64,000 nucleotides of DNA, taken from the NCBI GenBank assembly GCA_037129835.1, contig JBAXUE010000004.1, positions 25,638 to 89,637 of the forward strand, given 5' to 3'. Each line of letters begins with the position of its first letter. The stretch's first letter is position 1. The notes below the pieces were generated by a model. It did no database searches. It was not told the DNA's origin and was given only the letters and a program-made list of their open reading frames with translations. This document shows positions 32,028 through 43,061 of this stretch, piece after piece. The position numbers were made by a program, and so were the translations under genes. Origin of the DNA: a bacterium. Lineage in GTDB: Bacteria > Patescibacteriota > CPR2 > UBA1875 > CAIMLA01.

Positions 32028-32618
32028 CTATTTACCTAGTTCAAATCGTACAAATCTGCGAACGGAAATTTTTTCCCCTATTGCAGCTGTTTTTTCGTTA
32101 ATAAGATCTTCGACAGTAACGTCAGGATTTTTAATAAATGGTTGTTTCATCAGACAAACTCGTGAGTAAAACTTCTCTATTTTACCCTCAAGAATTTTGT
32201 CAATTACCTTTTCCGGCTTACCGGCATCTTTTAGTTGAGCGAGTTCGATTTCTTTTTCCTTCGCTACGATTTCAGCAGGGACATTAGAAGGAGAGATGTA
32301 TTCAGGTGCTGATGCTGCTATGTGCATTGCAAGGTCGTTAGCAAGCAGCTTAAAATCATCATTAAGGGCTACGAAATCAGTTTCGCAATTAAATTCGAGC
32401 AATGTACCTATACGATTATTGTGAATATAAGAAACTATCAAGCCTTCCTTGGCGTCACGCTCTGCTCTTTTGGCGGATGTGGCTGCGCCTTTTTTACGAA
32501 GGACCTCGATAGCACCATCAAAGTCTCCCTTCGACTCTTCGAGAGCTTTTTTGCAATCCATCATCCCAGCACTAGTAGCTTCTCGTAATTTTGAGATTTC
32601 TTCCATTGTTATAGTCAT
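32028..32618 (-). CDS. tsf: Elongation factor Ts (short form)
   Basis: EISKLREATSAGMMDCKKALEES. Confidence 0.85.
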   Translation of the reverse strand: MTITMEEISKLREATSAGMMDCKKALEESKGDFDGAIEVLRKKGAATSAKRAERDAKEGLIVSYIHNNRIGTLLEFNCETDFVALNDDFKLLANDLAMHIAASAPEYISPSNVPAEIVAKEKEIELAQLKDAGKPEKVIDKILEGKIEKFYSRVCLMKQPFIKNPDVTVEDLINEKTAAIGEKISVRRFVRFELGK

Positions 32619-32643
32619 ATTACCTCCTTGGTTTATTTAAGTT

Positions 32644-33345
32644 TTACTGAATTGCTTCTACCTCTTTTGGTACAAGAGGCTTGTTTTCATTTATAGTGTT
32701 TGCAATTTCTGTTACAAATAGTTGAATTGCCTTGACTGCATCATCATTCCCCGGGATAACGTAATCAATCTCTTCTGGATTTGCGTTTGTGTCGGTTATT
32801 GCGATGATAGGTATATGAAGCTTTCTTGCTTCAGTAATAGAATTATTTTCTTTTACTGCGTCGACGACAAAAATCGCATCAGGAAGTTTTTTCATATCCT
32901 TAATACCAGTCAAAGTGGCAGCTAGTTTTTCAACCTGTTTTTTAGCTACTGTTAATTGTTTCTTGGTGGCAAAATCGTTATTTGCAATTTTGTCTTCAAG
33001 TTTTTTTAGATTTGATACTTGAGATTTAATGGTAGAAAAGTTGGTAAGCATGCCACCAAGCCATCTTTCGGTTATATAGGGCATACCACAAGATTCAGCG
33101 CCCTCTCGGACAATGGTTTGTCCTTGTTTCTTTGTACCAACGAATAATATCGTTCCTGAATTGGAAGAAACATTTCGAACAAACTTTTCGGCTTCTAGAA
33201 GAAGCTCCTCAGTTTTCGCTAAGTCGAAGATATGTACTCCGCCTCGCTCTGTAAAAATAAATGGCGCCATCTTTGGGTTCCATCTTGATTTCTGATGGCC
33301 AAAGTGTACGCCGGCTTCTAGCATTTCTTTCATGCTTGTGTTCAT
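32644..33345 (-). CDS. rpsB: Ribosomal protein S2
   Basis: MLEAGVHFGHQKSRWNPKM. Confidence 0.9.
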   Translation of the reverse strand: MNTSMKEMLEAGVHFGHQKSRWNPKMAPFIFTERGGVHIFDLAKTEELLLEAEKFVRNVSSNSGTILFVGTKKQGQTIVREGAESCGMPYITERWLGGMLTNFSTIKSQVSNLKKLEDKIANNDFATKKQLTVAKKQVEKLAATLTGIKDMKKLPDAIFVVDAVKENNSITEARKLHIPIIAITDTNANPEEIDYVIPGNDDAVKAIQLFVTEIANTINENKPLVPKEVEAIQ

Positions 33346-33568
33346 GGGATCCTTTCTGCAGCAAAGCTGCCCTCCAACGCCAAATGTTTATGTTACTTAT
33401 GCCCATATATTTTGGGAGGATTAATGTAACTAGGCGCTGTGTGAATTTATTATTGCGATAAAATTTTATCAGCCATTTGGGGTTTTGTCAATCGAGATAA
33501 TCTCTATTAACTCTTGAAAATCAATAATTGATGTGTTAATATTTTAAGGCGTAATTTTCGGAGAAAGA

Positions 33569-33898
33569 ATGAAAACAAACCTACATCCTAAATACAATGA
33601 AATAACAGTGACTTGCTCGTGTGGCAACAGCTTTAAAACAAAATCTACTGTCGACGATATCAATGTAGAAATTTGTTCTGCTTGTCATCCATTTTATACG
33701 GGCAAACAAAAACTAGTTGACACTGCTGGTAGGGTTGATAAGTTCAGAATGAGACTAGAAGCTGCTACGGCAAAAAAAGCTGCGACTACCCAGAAAAAGG
33801 ATAGAAAAATTGACGCAGATAAGAATGATAGTGCAGTAAAATTATCAGACATTAAAAAAGAACTCGATAACGAACTAGTAGAAAACAGCGAAAAATAA
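33569..33898 (+). CDS. rpmE: Ribosomal protein L31 (Zn-ribbon type) with a ~40-aa K/A-rich C-terminal extension
   Basis: [17 protein letters not shown]...[13 protein letters not shown]. Confidence 0.85.
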   Translation: MKTNLHPKYNEITVTCSCGNSFKTKSTVDDINVEICSACHPFYTGKQKLVDTAGRVDKFRMRLEAATAKKAATTQKKDRKIDADKNDSAVKLSDIKKELDNELVENSEK

Positions 33899-33938
33899 CT
33901 ACAAATATATAGCGCCATTTATTATTTCGGCGCTATAA

Positions 33939-35027
33939 TTGTATCTAGGTATTAATATGTTGACTAAAGTCGAAAGAACAATCAATAAATTCGCTGAAAT
34001 TGAATCAGAACTATCAGATCCCGAAATCATTAAGGACCAGGACAGATATTTAGTTCTGAACAAAAAGCGTTCTTCAATGTTACCCCTATATAACCTAAGC
34101 GTTAAATACAAAAAAGTACTTTCAGATATAGAAGACTCGGAGCAAATGATTAAACTTGAAAATGACCCAAGTTTTGTTGAGCTAGCTGAAGCCGAATACC
34201 AAATACTACATCAAGAAAAAGATAAAATCGAAAAAGAAATAGAAATCGAACTGCTCCCAAAAGATGAAAATGATAATAAAAATGTTATTATCGAAATCCG
34301 CGCTGGTGCTGGCGGTGATGAATCTTCATTATTTGCCGGCGAACTGTTCAGGATGTATAGTCGGTGGGCTGAAAAACACAAATATAAAATTGAAATACTT
34401 GATTCGCATGAATCTGAGGTGGGCGGGTTTAAAGAAATTATATATTCCGTTAAAGGTTCCGGAGCTTATAAAAACTTAAAATATGAAAGTGGTGTACACA
34501 GAGTGCAGAGAGTCCCCGAAACAGAATCAAATGGTCGAATACACACATCTACCGTCACTGTAGCTGTTCTTGCGGAAGCAGAAGAAGTTGATATTGATAT
34601 TAACCCATCAGAAATACGTATTGACGTATTTCGTTCATCGGGTCCAGGAGGCCAAAGTGTGAACACAACTGATTCTGCCGTTAGAATAACACATCTTCCA
34701 ACTGGGTTAATTGTATCTTGCCAGGATGAAAAATCTCAGATAAAAAATAAAGACAAAGCGATGCGAGTTCTACGCTCCAGACTATTACAACTGAAGGTTG
34801 ACGAAGAGACAAAGAAACGTGGAGATCAAAGAAAAGACCAAATAGGTACCGGTGATAGATCAGAAAAAATCAGAACTTATAATTACCCACAAGACCGGGT
34901 AACAGATCACAGAATTGCTTTTAGTGTAAATAATCTACCTGATTTTATGGCTGGTAATATAGAAAAAATGTTAAATAAATTAGCTAGCGCAAACCGTGAA
35001 AATTCCTTAAAAAATCTTTCTCTATAA
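33939..35027 (+). CDS. prfA: Peptide chain release factor 1
   Basis: GGQ motif ([11 protein letters not shown]). The codon-recognition tripeptide is PET in [17 protein letters not shown]. Confidence 0.85.
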   Translation: MYLGINMLTKVERTINKFAEIESELSDPEIIKDQDRYLVLNKKRSSMLPLYNLSVKYKKVLSDIEDSEQMIKLENDPSFVELAEAEYQILHQEKDKIEKEIEIELLPKDENDNKNVIIEIRAGAGGDESSLFAGELFRMYSRWAEKHKYKIEILDSHESEVGGFKEIIYSVKGSGAYKNLKYESGVHRVQRVPETESNGRIHTSTVTVAVLAEAEEVDIDINPSEIRIDVFRSSGPGGQSVNTTDSAVRITHLPTGLIVSCQDEKSQIKNKDKAMRVLRSRLLQLKVDEETKKRGDQRKDQIGTGDRSEKIRTYNYPQDRVTDHRIAFSVNNLPDFMAGNIEKMLNKLASANRENSLKNLSL

Positions 35028-35041
35028 GAGACTTTGTACAG

Positions 35042-36220
35042 TTATGAGTTCTCGCCTAGTTTAATATTTGCCGTTTTGGTAGAATCATCCCTATTATAGG
35101 TAACTTTTACCGTATCGCCAGGGTTGTATTTCCCTAATAGGCTAATCAGGGTGTGATTTTCATCAATTTTGTCATCGTTGATTTGGGTAATAATATCACC
35201 AGATTTAAGTCCAGCTTTTTCTGCTGGACTATTTGGAGCGACTGCTGGCGAATTGCCACTAGAATATATATATACGCCATAGTTTACTGGGAGCTTATTC
35301 TTTGCTGCAAAGTCTGGATTTATTGGTATATATCTTACTCCGAGCATAGGTCTGACTATTTTACCACTAGAAAGATAGCTAGCCAGAGCGCTTTTTACTA
35401 GATTTACAGGTATTGCAAAACCGATACTTTGACCCTGCTGGTCAACCGCGGTATTCATGCCTATCACTTGCCCAGATATATTGAGCAGTGGGCCACCTGA
35501 ATTGCCCGAATTTATCGCTGCATCAGTTTGTATTACATTATCAAGTGATTCTGTTGATGAACCAACAGAATCCGTAGCCTCTATCACTCTACCAACGCCG
35601 CTAATAACCCCTAGAGTGACACTGTTTTGATACTGTCCGAGAGCATTACCTATTGCGACGGCCGTTTGTCCCGAAAGCAGCCCGTCAGAAGTCCCTAACT
35701 CAACCACAGGGAGTTCTGTGGCTTCAATCTTCAATATTGCGATATCATTTACTGGGTCGGTTGCTTTTACTATTGCCACATAATGCTTACCAGTATTCGT
35801 AATAACTGTGAAGTCGGCCTTTGAATCACTAACAACATGTTTATTAGTAACAATTAAACCATCAGCACTAACTATATACCCCGTCCCCGCAACCTCAGAT
35901 TGACCTATATTCCCAAAAAACCCAGTTGTTTGTGTTACGCCCGTAATACTAACAACCGTTGGTGAAACCTTTTTTACTGTATCAACAACGGCAGAACTCT
36001 CTACAACCTTGACCGTAGAAGTAAATATTTTTCCATCTTTACTCTTTTTTGAAATATAGTTGTAATAGACTAAACTGCCGAAGGCACCGCCGATAATACC
36101 CAGGATTAAACTAAATATTAAAAATAAAGCTTTGTTATTAAAAGTATGGCCATTCTTTGTTTCTGTTACTTTATTAGAAACTACTTCTTCCATAGCACCT
36201 CCTATATGGTCGTAAACCAA
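35042..36220 (-). CDS. htrA: HtrA/DegP-family serine protease with PDZ domain
   Basis: GNSGGPLLN catalytic serine motif, N-terminal TM and C-terminal PDZ. Confidence 0.8.
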   Translation of the reverse strand: MVYDHIGGAMEEVVSNKVTETKNGHTFNNKALFLIFSLILGIIGGAFGSLVYYNYISKKSKDGKIFTSTVKVVESSAVVDTVKKVSPTVVSITGVTQTTGFFGNIGQSEVAGTGYIVSADGLIVTNKHVVSDSKADFTVITNTGKHYVAIVKATDPVNDIAILKIEATELPVVELGTSDGLLSGQTAVAIGNALGQYQNSVTLGVISGVGRVIEATDSVGSSTESLDNVIQTDAAINSGNSGGPLLNISGQVIGMNTAVDQQGQSIGFAIPVNLVKSALASYLSSGKIVRPMLGVRYIPINPDFAAKNKLPVNYGVYIYSSGNSPAVAPNSPAEKAGLKSGDIITQINDDKIDENHTLISLLGKYNPGDTVKVTYNRDDSTKTANIKLGENS

Positions 36221-37080
36221 CTTGCTGTTGACAATAAAACTGTAATAAATAAACTTGCGAGAATCAAGTATTCAGTCAAAATTTTACGATTTAAATTATT
36301 TTCTAGTTTATGGGAGATGATTCCCCAAAGGAAATAATATACTATTGTAATTAAGATAGCAGCTAGGGGGGTTCCTCCAAGATTAGATTTCTGCATTATG
36401 CCGATGACTGGATAATTAATTACCCAGATAGATGACACCCAGGCGATTTCTGCACAAATCAAAGCACAGGTTATATTATATAACCGATATTTTTTGTCCG
36501 ATGATCCTTGCTCCCAAGTTAAAAAATAAGTAATAAAATATACAATAAACAACACGCCCGCAACAACCAATAGTCGAGAAAGAAAAGCATATGTGGTAGT
36601 TGACAAAATTATTTGGAATCTAAAGAGCAGCGCCGTGGAAAAGAAGATAATTAAAAAAGAAATTACAATAAGCATATTCCGATAGAATATAGCGGCTCTC
36701 TCGCCTAAATTCTGCACCTTTTTTAAAGCTATAAATAAATAGAAATTAACAGGTAGTGCCAAAACAGTGATTACTCCCCGTACTAAAGGATTGCTGATAT
36801 AGGCGATAAATGCCAATGCTGATAAATTAAAAAGTAGAAGCATTAACACAAACTTTATTCCACGGCTTATAGACTCCTTATCTAGTTTAATGGAAAATAA
36901 ATAGCTACTAATTATAATTATCATCACAAAAACAACTGAAAAAGTATATATCAAATTGATTGGAGAAAATTGATTAAATATATATACGACACTTAGAGTG
37001 GATGTAGCAATTAGACCTTTTTTCGTGAGAGGGTTCATCGGATGCTCCTTAAAATTACTGTGGCTTATAGTCTTGGCCAA
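36202..37080 (-). CDS. Polytopic membrane protein, hypothetical
   Basis: 292 aa with ~8 TM helices. Confidence 0.35.
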   Translation of the reverse strand: MAKTISHSNFKEHPMNPLTKKGLIATSTLSVVYIFNQFSPINLIYTFSVVFVMIIIISSYLFSIKLDKESISRGIKFVLMLLLFNLSALAFIAYISNPLVRGVITVLALPVNFYLFIALKKVQNLGERAAIFYRNMLIVISFLIIFFSTALLFRFQIILSTTTYAFLSRLLVVAGVLFIVYFITYFLTWEQGSSDKKYRLYNITCALICAEIAWVSSIWVINYPVIGIMQKSNLGGTPLAAILITIVYYFLWGIISHKLENNLNRKILTEYLILASLFITVLLSTASWFTTI

Positions 37081-38500
37081 TAATAACTACTATATCCGCT
37101 CCTGAAAGCGAATCCCCTGAACCAGCCGTGCTTTTTACGTTAAATTGTTTTTCCAATTCAGCCAAGGTAGATTTTTTGCCACCATTACTATAATCGATTA
37201 TCTTTGTTTGTTGATATTGAGAAGAATCAGCCGTGCTGATATCTATTACATTATAATTTGCCTTTTTAAGAACGTCTGCAGCTTTACTCGCCAGGCCCGG
37301 GGTTGTTGTACCATTTTGTACAGATATTTCAGCATTTTCAGTTTGTTTTGAATTATTAGAAAAAATATTTAACGCCACTCGCTGCAAATCCGTGTAATCA
37401 AATTCTCCCAGTCTTGGTAATAAAATATAACCTGCCGAGGTACTTGAATCATCTATTAATAATCCTTCTTTTGAATTGTCGAATACTTTGTTTTTAATCT
37501 TACTCGTATCTACGTTTTTAAAAATATCAATTGCCCGAGGAAGCTCATCGATTGAGAAATCTGTTTTTAGATGTGATCCAAGCGCAGTGGCGATTTCAGA
37601 TATTTTTGCAGGATTCAAAAAGGTTTCTGCAGACATTACTTTGTCTTTAATGGCAACCAATATTTGTTGCTGTCGTCTAGCTCTGTCGAAATCTGTAGTT
37701 GTTTCTCTAGATCTTGCATACCGCAAGGCCATTGCGCCAGCCATATGCTGTTGGCCCTTCTTGATATATAAATCAGCGCCTTTTAAGCCATCATCATTGG
37801 GGTAAAAGGGATCATATAAATCCTCTGTAACATTAATCTCGACTCCTCCAATAGCATCTACAATGTCTTTAAGACCGGTAAAGTCTACTCTTGCATAGTA
37901 GTTTATTGGAATATCCAAGACCTCACTAACCACATTCTTTGATATCGCTGGACCACCACCTGTCAATTTTTCAATTTCTCCACACGCGTGAGCATAATTT
38001 ATTTTCGCAGAACCACATTCTTCTCCGATATTTACATAAAGATCCCTCGGAATAGATATCATGGCCACTTGTTTTGTTTTAACATCATAGCTAACTACCA
38101 TTATCGTATCTGACAGGTACTGGCCCGCGTGACCATCATCACCAACACCGAGTAGAAGAATGTTAATTCTACCAGTATTCTCCCCTTTTAGCTGCTTGTT
38201 ATCGAAAATGTTCAATAAATTTGGTGCGCCTCCACTTGAAAAAACATTAGATAAAGAGCCGTATATTACCCAACCAAAATAACCCAAACAGCCAAATATA
38301 ACAGCAATAACCCCAAGTACTATGTAGAGCCTTAGGTGCTTAATTTTATTCTTCTTTTGAAATTTTATTGGTGTTTTCAACCTGTCGTTGTTTTTTCCGT
38401 TATTGCCGACTTCACTATTTCCCACTGCCACGCTTTTTTCTATTTGATCTATTGTAACTTTCTTTTTCATGATTCCTTTTATTATTTTTCTGCATAACAT
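37055..38500 (-). CDS. LytR-CpsA-Psr (LCP) family cell-envelope phosphotransferase
   Basis: N-terminal TM, LCP core (LLGVGDDGHAGQYLSDTIMVVS...ISIPRDLYVNI) and a C-terminal LytR_C-like domain. Confidence 0.75.
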   Translation of the reverse strand: MLCRKIIKGIMKKKVTIDQIEKSVAVGNSEVGNNGKNNDRLKTPIKFQKKNKIKHLRLYIVLGVIAVIFGCLGYFGWVIYGSLSNVFSSGGAPNLLNIFDNKQLKGENTGRINILLLGVGDDGHAGQYLSDTIMVVSYDVKTKQVAMISIPRDLYVNIGEECGSAKINYAHACGEIEKLTGGGPAISKNVVSEVLDIPINYYARVDFTGLKDIVDAIGGVEINVTEDLYDPFYPNDDGLKGADLYIKKGQQHMAGAMALRYARSRETTTDFDRARRQQQILVAIKDKVMSAETFLNPAKISEIATALGSHLKTDFSIDELPRAIDIFKNVDTSKIKNKVFDNSKEGLLIDDSSTSAGYILLPRLGEFDYTDLQRVALNIFSNNSKQTENAEISVQNGTTTPGLASKAADVLKKANYNVIDISTADSSQYQQTKIIDYSNGGKKSTLAELEKQFNVKSTAGSGDSLSGADIVVIIGQDYKPQ

Positions 38501-38568
38501 TATTCTTTAACCATTATACCTATAAACAACTGGACAGCCAATAGTTTTTCATTGATAATATATAAATA

Positions 38569-39213
38569 ATGCAATATAACAAAATGGATGAAATAAAAGA
38601 AGGCGCTTACATAGGATGGGAAATTTTTAAAACTATTGCCATTATTGGTTTGCTAGTTATATTTTTCAGATTCTTTATTATTCAACCTTTTTCAGTTTCG
38701 GGAAATAGTATGAACCCAGATTTTCAAAATGGTGAATACCTTTTTGTCGACGAAGCAAGTTACTATTTTAGATCCCCAGAACGTGGAGAAGTGATTGTTT
38801 TTAAACATCCAGATCCTCAGCCTTCAAGCAATTGCACAGCTTTTGTTGAAAACAACAAATTTATTACCAAATTTGTTCAGGGTCCTTGTCTAAGTTTTAT
38901 TAAACGAGTAATCGGTATTCCCGGAGATACAGTTATTGTAAAAAATGGCAAAGTAACTGTTAAAAACACTGAAAATCCAGAAGGGCTTAAACTAAATGAG
39001 TCCTATATCGAAACTGGCGTCGAAACCTTAGGCGATCAATCGATTACTCTTCAGAAAAATGAATATTATGTTTTGGGAGATAATCGTCTTCCGGGTATGA
39101 GCTATGATTCTAGAGGTTGGGGAGTTCTACGGAAGGAATTTATTATTGGCAGAGCATGGCTAAGACTTCTACCATCAGAGTCTATCGGCTTTATACCAAA
39201 AGCTAAATACTAA
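38569..39213 (+). CDS. lepB: Signal peptidase I
   Basis: SGNSMNP (catalytic Ser) ... YVLGDNRLPGMSYDSRGWG. Confidence 0.8.
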   Translation: MQYNKMDEIKEGAYIGWEIFKTIAIIGLLVIFFRFFIIQPFSVSGNSMNPDFQNGEYLFVDEASYYFRSPERGEVIVFKHPDPQPSSNCTAFVENNKFITKFVQGPCLSFIKRVIGIPGDTVIVKNGKVTVKNTENPEGLKLNESYIETGVETLGDQSITLQKNEYYVLGDNRLPGMSYDSRGWGVLRKEFIIGRAWLRLLPSESIGFIPKAKY

Positions 39214-39264
39214 AAAGCTTTGCCTTATAAAACAATTGAGTAGTTAAAATTTGAACTAAAATAT

Positions 39265-40119
39265 CTAATTTGAAATTTTCTTTAGTATTCTTTCAAGGTC
39301 TTCGTTATTATAATATTGAATAATGATATTTCCCTTAATACCTTTGTTTTTAATGCTTACTTTAGTGCTCAATGCTTCTGAAAGGGTATTCTCAATAGCT
39401 TGCAACTCTATGTCTTTTTCTGTCGTAACTTTTGAAGCACTTTTTTTAGTTCGCATTTCTGTCTGACGAACATTAAGGCCCTCATTGATAATCTGGTAAA
39501 AAAATGCGATTTGAGCCTCTCTATCGTCAATCGCCATGATTCCCCTAGCATGTCCTTCAGTAATTTTTCCATCCATTAGACCTTGCTTAATAACGGCAGG
39601 CAACGTTAGTAACCGCACTGCATTTGCTACTGTTGATCGCGCCTTCCCGACTTTTCGGGACACATCTTCCTGAGAAAGACTAAATTCATCCATAAGCCTT
39701 TTATAAGAAAGAGCTGCTTCTATGGGACTAAGATTTTCTCTTTGAACGTTTTCGATTATAGCTAGCTCAAATTTCTTTTGCTCATCTAAACTTCTAATAA
39801 TCACTGGTACTGTTTTTATATTTGCAAGCTTTGCGGCCCTTAGTCTTCTCTCCCCAGCAATTAATTGGTAACGACCGTTTATCGATTTAGTGACTAAGAG
39901 TGGTTGGATTATACCATATTCCCGTATCGAAGATGCAAGCTCGGCGAGAGGAGTTTCGTCAAAGCTAGTTCTGGGTTGTAGAGGGTTAGGATCAATAAAT
40001 TCAACACCCACCTCAGAGTCAACTGTTGACCTACTTTCGTCTATAACTGGAATAAGCGAATCTAGTCCTCGACCTAAGCCAAAATGACTTTTACTAAAAG
40101 AATTATTTACTGGTTGCAT
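39265..40119 (-). CDS. parB: Chromosome partitioning protein ParB/Spo0J
   Basis: GERRLRAAKLANIKTVPVII. Confidence 0.85.
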   Translation of the reverse strand: MQPVNNSFSKSHFGLGRGLDSLIPVIDESRSTVDSEVGVEFIDPNPLQPRTSFDETPLAELASSIREYGIIQPLLVTKSINGRYQLIAGERRLRAAKLANIKTVPVIIRSLDEQKKFELAIIENVQRENLSPIEAALSYKRLMDEFSLSQEDVSRKVGKARSTVANAVRLLTLPAVIKQGLMDGKITEGHARGIMAIDDREAQIAFFYQIINEGLNVRQTEMRTKKSASKVTTEKDIELQAIENTLSEALSTKVSIKNKGIKGNIIIQYYNNEDLERILKKISN

Positions 40120-40874
40120 TTAAAGTGTACCTCCTTAGCTAGCTGCTTATATGCAACTGCTCCCTTTCCAAATTTATCATAATTCATAATGGTTTTGCCG
40201 TATGACGGAGCTTCTGCCAATCGTATATTTCTAGGTATAATTGTATCAAATACTTTATTTGGGAAATGTTTTTTTACCTCAGATTCAACTTGCCTTGATA
40301 ATAAAGTGTTCTTATTATACATCGTGAGTAGTACTCCAAGTAGTATTAAACTTGGGTTTAGGCTTATTCTGACTCTTTGAACAGTATGAAGTAATTGGCT
40401 TAAGCCCTCTAGGGCATAAAACTCTGTCTGTACCGGTATCAAGATGCTGTCTGCACTTACTAACCCATTTACAGTTAATATACCCAGGGAAGGCGGTGAA
40501 TCAATAATCACGTAGTCGTATTCGTCTTTAACTTTATCGATTGCCTGCTTCAAACGATGTTCTCTGGCGATTTGACTAGCAAGCTCCACTTCTGCAGCCG
40601 CTAAAACGACACTCGCAGGCGCAAGGTCGAGTCCTTTTACATCTGTCTTAATCCTTATATCCCGAATCAATGTCTCGCGAACCAAGACATCATATAGACT
40701 CAGTTTGACACTATTTTTATCAATACCAAGACCGCTTGTTGAATTACCTTGTGGATCTAGGTCGATTAACAAAACTCTTTGACCTGACTTAGCAAGATAC
40801 CCAGCAAGATTAACGGTTGTGGTTGTTTTCCCAACCCCACCCTTTTGATTAGTTATTACGATTACTTTTGCCAC
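40107..40874 (-). CDS. parA: Chromosome partitioning ATPase ParA/Soj
   Basis: KGGVGKTTTTVNLAGYLA deviant Walker A. Confidence 0.9.
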   Translation of the reverse strand: MAKVIVITNQKGGVGKTTTTVNLAGYLAKSGQRVLLIDLDPQGNSTSGLGIDKNSVKLSLYDVLVRETLIRDIRIKTDVKGLDLAPASVVLAAAEVELASQIAREHRLKQAIDKVKDEYDYVIIDSPPSLGILTVNGLVSADSILIPVQTEFYALEGLSQLLHTVQRVRISLNPSLILLGVLLTMYNKNTLLSRQVESEVKKHFPNKVFDTIIPRNIRLAEAPSYGKTIMNYDKFGKGAVAYKQLAKEVHFKCNQ

Positions 40875-40928
40875 AAGATAATTTTAACAAAATATTAGCA
40901 ATCTATCTAGGGTTCTTTTAGATTAAAT

Positions 40929-41447
40929 CTATTTAATAATAAAAGAGCTATAAAAAATATACAGCGCTCCATTAACATGTAAGTTTAGGGCGGTAGCTAT
41001 AACACAAGCAACGCCTACCGTCATAATAATCATCAGATAAATGAGAAAGAATGTAATTGTCCACTTCATAACTGTATCAATTGTCAAACCCTTTGCGTAT
41101 TGGAAAAACTTTTTTTCAAAATTATCGAAACGCTCTCGATGCTCTTTGGTATATTTTTCTCCGCGCACGCCTTGTTCATATATTTTATTCCACGCTTCTG
41201 CACCTGCCCAAATGCCGAATAATATACCGAGCAAAAAGATGCCTGCGACTAAAAATGTAGCAAACCAAGAAGGCTCTATGCTTGATTGATATACCAATGA
41301 AGCTAATTGAAATACCCCAATAAGCAAAACACTCATTAAGAGCCCTGCAAAAACCCACAAGCAATAATATAATACTTTTTTATCACGTTTAGTCATTTCC
41401 CCTCCTATTTCAATAATAATTATCATATTAATCTTCAAAAAATGCAA
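40929..41447 (-). CDS. Hypothetical membrane protein
   Basis: 172-aa ORF with 3-4 TM helices. Confidence 0.3.
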   Translation of the reverse strand: MHFLKINMIIIIEIGGEMTKRDKKVLYYCLWVFAGLLMSVLLIGVFQLASLVYQSSIEPSWFATFLVAGIFLLGILFGIWAGAEAWNKIYEQGVRGEKYTKEHRERFDNFEKKFFQYAKGLTIDTVMKWTITFFLIYLMIIMTVGVACVIATALNLHVNGALYIFYSSFIIK

Positions 41448-41533
41448 GCAATATATTACAAATCAATAATGATTATATATTTAAAAAAATTTAATCAGAT
41501 AAATCGACTTTTATATTATTATTGTTATTAACT

Positions 41534-41561
41534 AAAAAAGAAGCTATTAAGCTTCTTTTTT
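41534..41561. terminator. Intrinsic terminator downstream of rplU
   Basis: aaaa-AAGAAGCT-atta-AGCTTCTT-tttt: an 8-bp perfect stem with A and T runs on both sides. Confidence 0.6.
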
Positions 41562-41910
41562 ATGGTGATTCTATTTTATTAATTGTGATTTTGGTTAAAC
41601 TCTGGCGATGACCATTCTTGACACGATAGTTTTTGCGTTTTTTGTATTTAAATACGATCTTTTTTGCATCACGGTATTGTTCATCAACAGTAGCGAGTAC
41701 TTTTGAATCGCTTAAAATTGGTTGGCCAATAGATACTTTATCTCCGTCAATAACGAGTAAAACATCCTTGATTTCAAACTTTTCACCAGCTTCAATGTCG
41801 AGTTTTTCTACCGAAAGGTACTCTCCCTCATAAACCAAGTATTGTTTACCGCCGGTGCGAATCACCGCATATTTATTTATTTTCTTTTCAGCCATTTTCA
41901 TTTCCTGCAA
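41560..41910 (-). CDS. rplU: Ribosomal protein L21
   Basis: YAVIRTGGKQYLVYEGEYL. Confidence 0.85.
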   Translation of the reverse strand: MQEMKMAEKKINKYAVIRTGGKQYLVYEGEYLSVEKLDIEAGEKFEIKDVLLVIDGDKVSIGQPILSDSKVLATVDEQYRDAKKIVFKYKKRKNYRVKNGHRQSLTKITINKIESP

Positions 41911-41961
41911 ATTACAACGTGTTATATATTAACATTTATTGTATCTACTTTCAACACTTTC

Positions 41962-43059
41962 TTAAAAATCAATTTTCTTATAACGAATATGTATACTTTC
42001 TAAAATTCCCAGCATGCATAGTGTTACAATTACGCTAGTACCACCTGAAGATAAAAGAGGTAATGGAATTCCAGTTACGGGCATTATCCCTAGATTCATT
42101 CCGATGTTGATAAATATGTGAAAAAATAAAACAGAGAATATTCCGGTAGCGACAAACATCCCAAAATAATCTCTTGCTAGCTGTGCTATTCTTAGTGCTC
42201 TGTATAGAATTACTCCAAAAAGCAGTATAACGGAAAAAGCACCGACAAAGCCCATCTCTTCAGCAAGCGCAGCAAAAACAAAATCAGTATGCTTAAAAGG
42301 AACAAAGTTGAGTTGGCTTTGTGGTCCTCTCCCGAGACCCCTGCCCCAAAATTGACCCGAACCAATAGCGATAATAGCCTGATTAACATTCCAACCGCTA
42401 CCCATTTTATCTGCAGTGGGATCTAAAAAAGTTAGAATACGTTGTTTTTGATATTCTTGTAAAACACTATATATTGGATATAAGCTAAACAAACCAACAA
42501 AACCCATTGTGGCAATATAGACTTTACGGATATTGCTGACTAGTAGCATAGACAACCAAATGATGCCGAAAGTTATTGCAGTGCCTAAGTCTGGCTGCCA
42601 AGCAACAAGCCCAATAGGCACGCCGATATATACAAGTGATAGCAAAATAGTTTTGGGGCGGTTCATTTGCTCAACATTCTCAGCAAAAAATTTCGCCATA
42701 ACAATAATCATAAATATCTTTGCTAATTCAGATGGTTGAAACTGAAACCCACCAATACTAATCCAGCGAGTCGCACCTAGTGCCTTTTGACCTAAAAATT
42801 TTGTAGCCAGGAGCATAACTACCGAAAGTAAATATAATATTCCTGAATAATTTGTGTAAACACGATAATCTATTCTTGCGATAATAACCAGCCCAATTAA
42901 ACCTATCGTAGCAAACAAAAGTTGCTGTAAAGCTTCTGAGCCACCAGCCAAAGTGAATGTTGTGCTATATATAATAGCAAGCCCAAAAATAAGAAGCAAC
43001 AAAGCTGAACCCAACAATATCCAATCAAAATTTTTGTAAAATCTAGAGAACCTATTCAC
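41962..43059 (-). CDS. SEDS family peptidoglycan glycosyltransferase (RodA/FtsW)
   Basis: 365 aa, 10 TM helices, conserved periplasmic loop motifs. Confidence 0.8.
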   Translation of the reverse strand: MNRFSRFYKNFDWILLGSALLLLIFGLAIIYSTTFTLAGGSEALQQLLFATIGLIGLVIIARIDYRVYTNYSGILYLLSVVMLLATKFLGQKALGATRWISIGGFQFQPSELAKIFMIIVMAKFFAENVEQMNRPKTILLSLVYIGVPIGLVAWQPDLGTAITFGIIWLSMLLVSNIRKVYIATMGFVGLFSLYPIYSVLQEYQKQRILTFLDPTADKMGSGWNVNQAIIAIGSGQFWGRGLGRGPQSQLNFVPFKHTDFVFAALAEEMGFVGAFSVILLFGVILYRALRIAQLARDYFGMFVATGIFSVLFFHIFINIGMNLGIMPVTGIPLPLLSSGGTSVIVTLCMLGILESIHIRYKKIDF

Positions 43060-43061
43060 AG

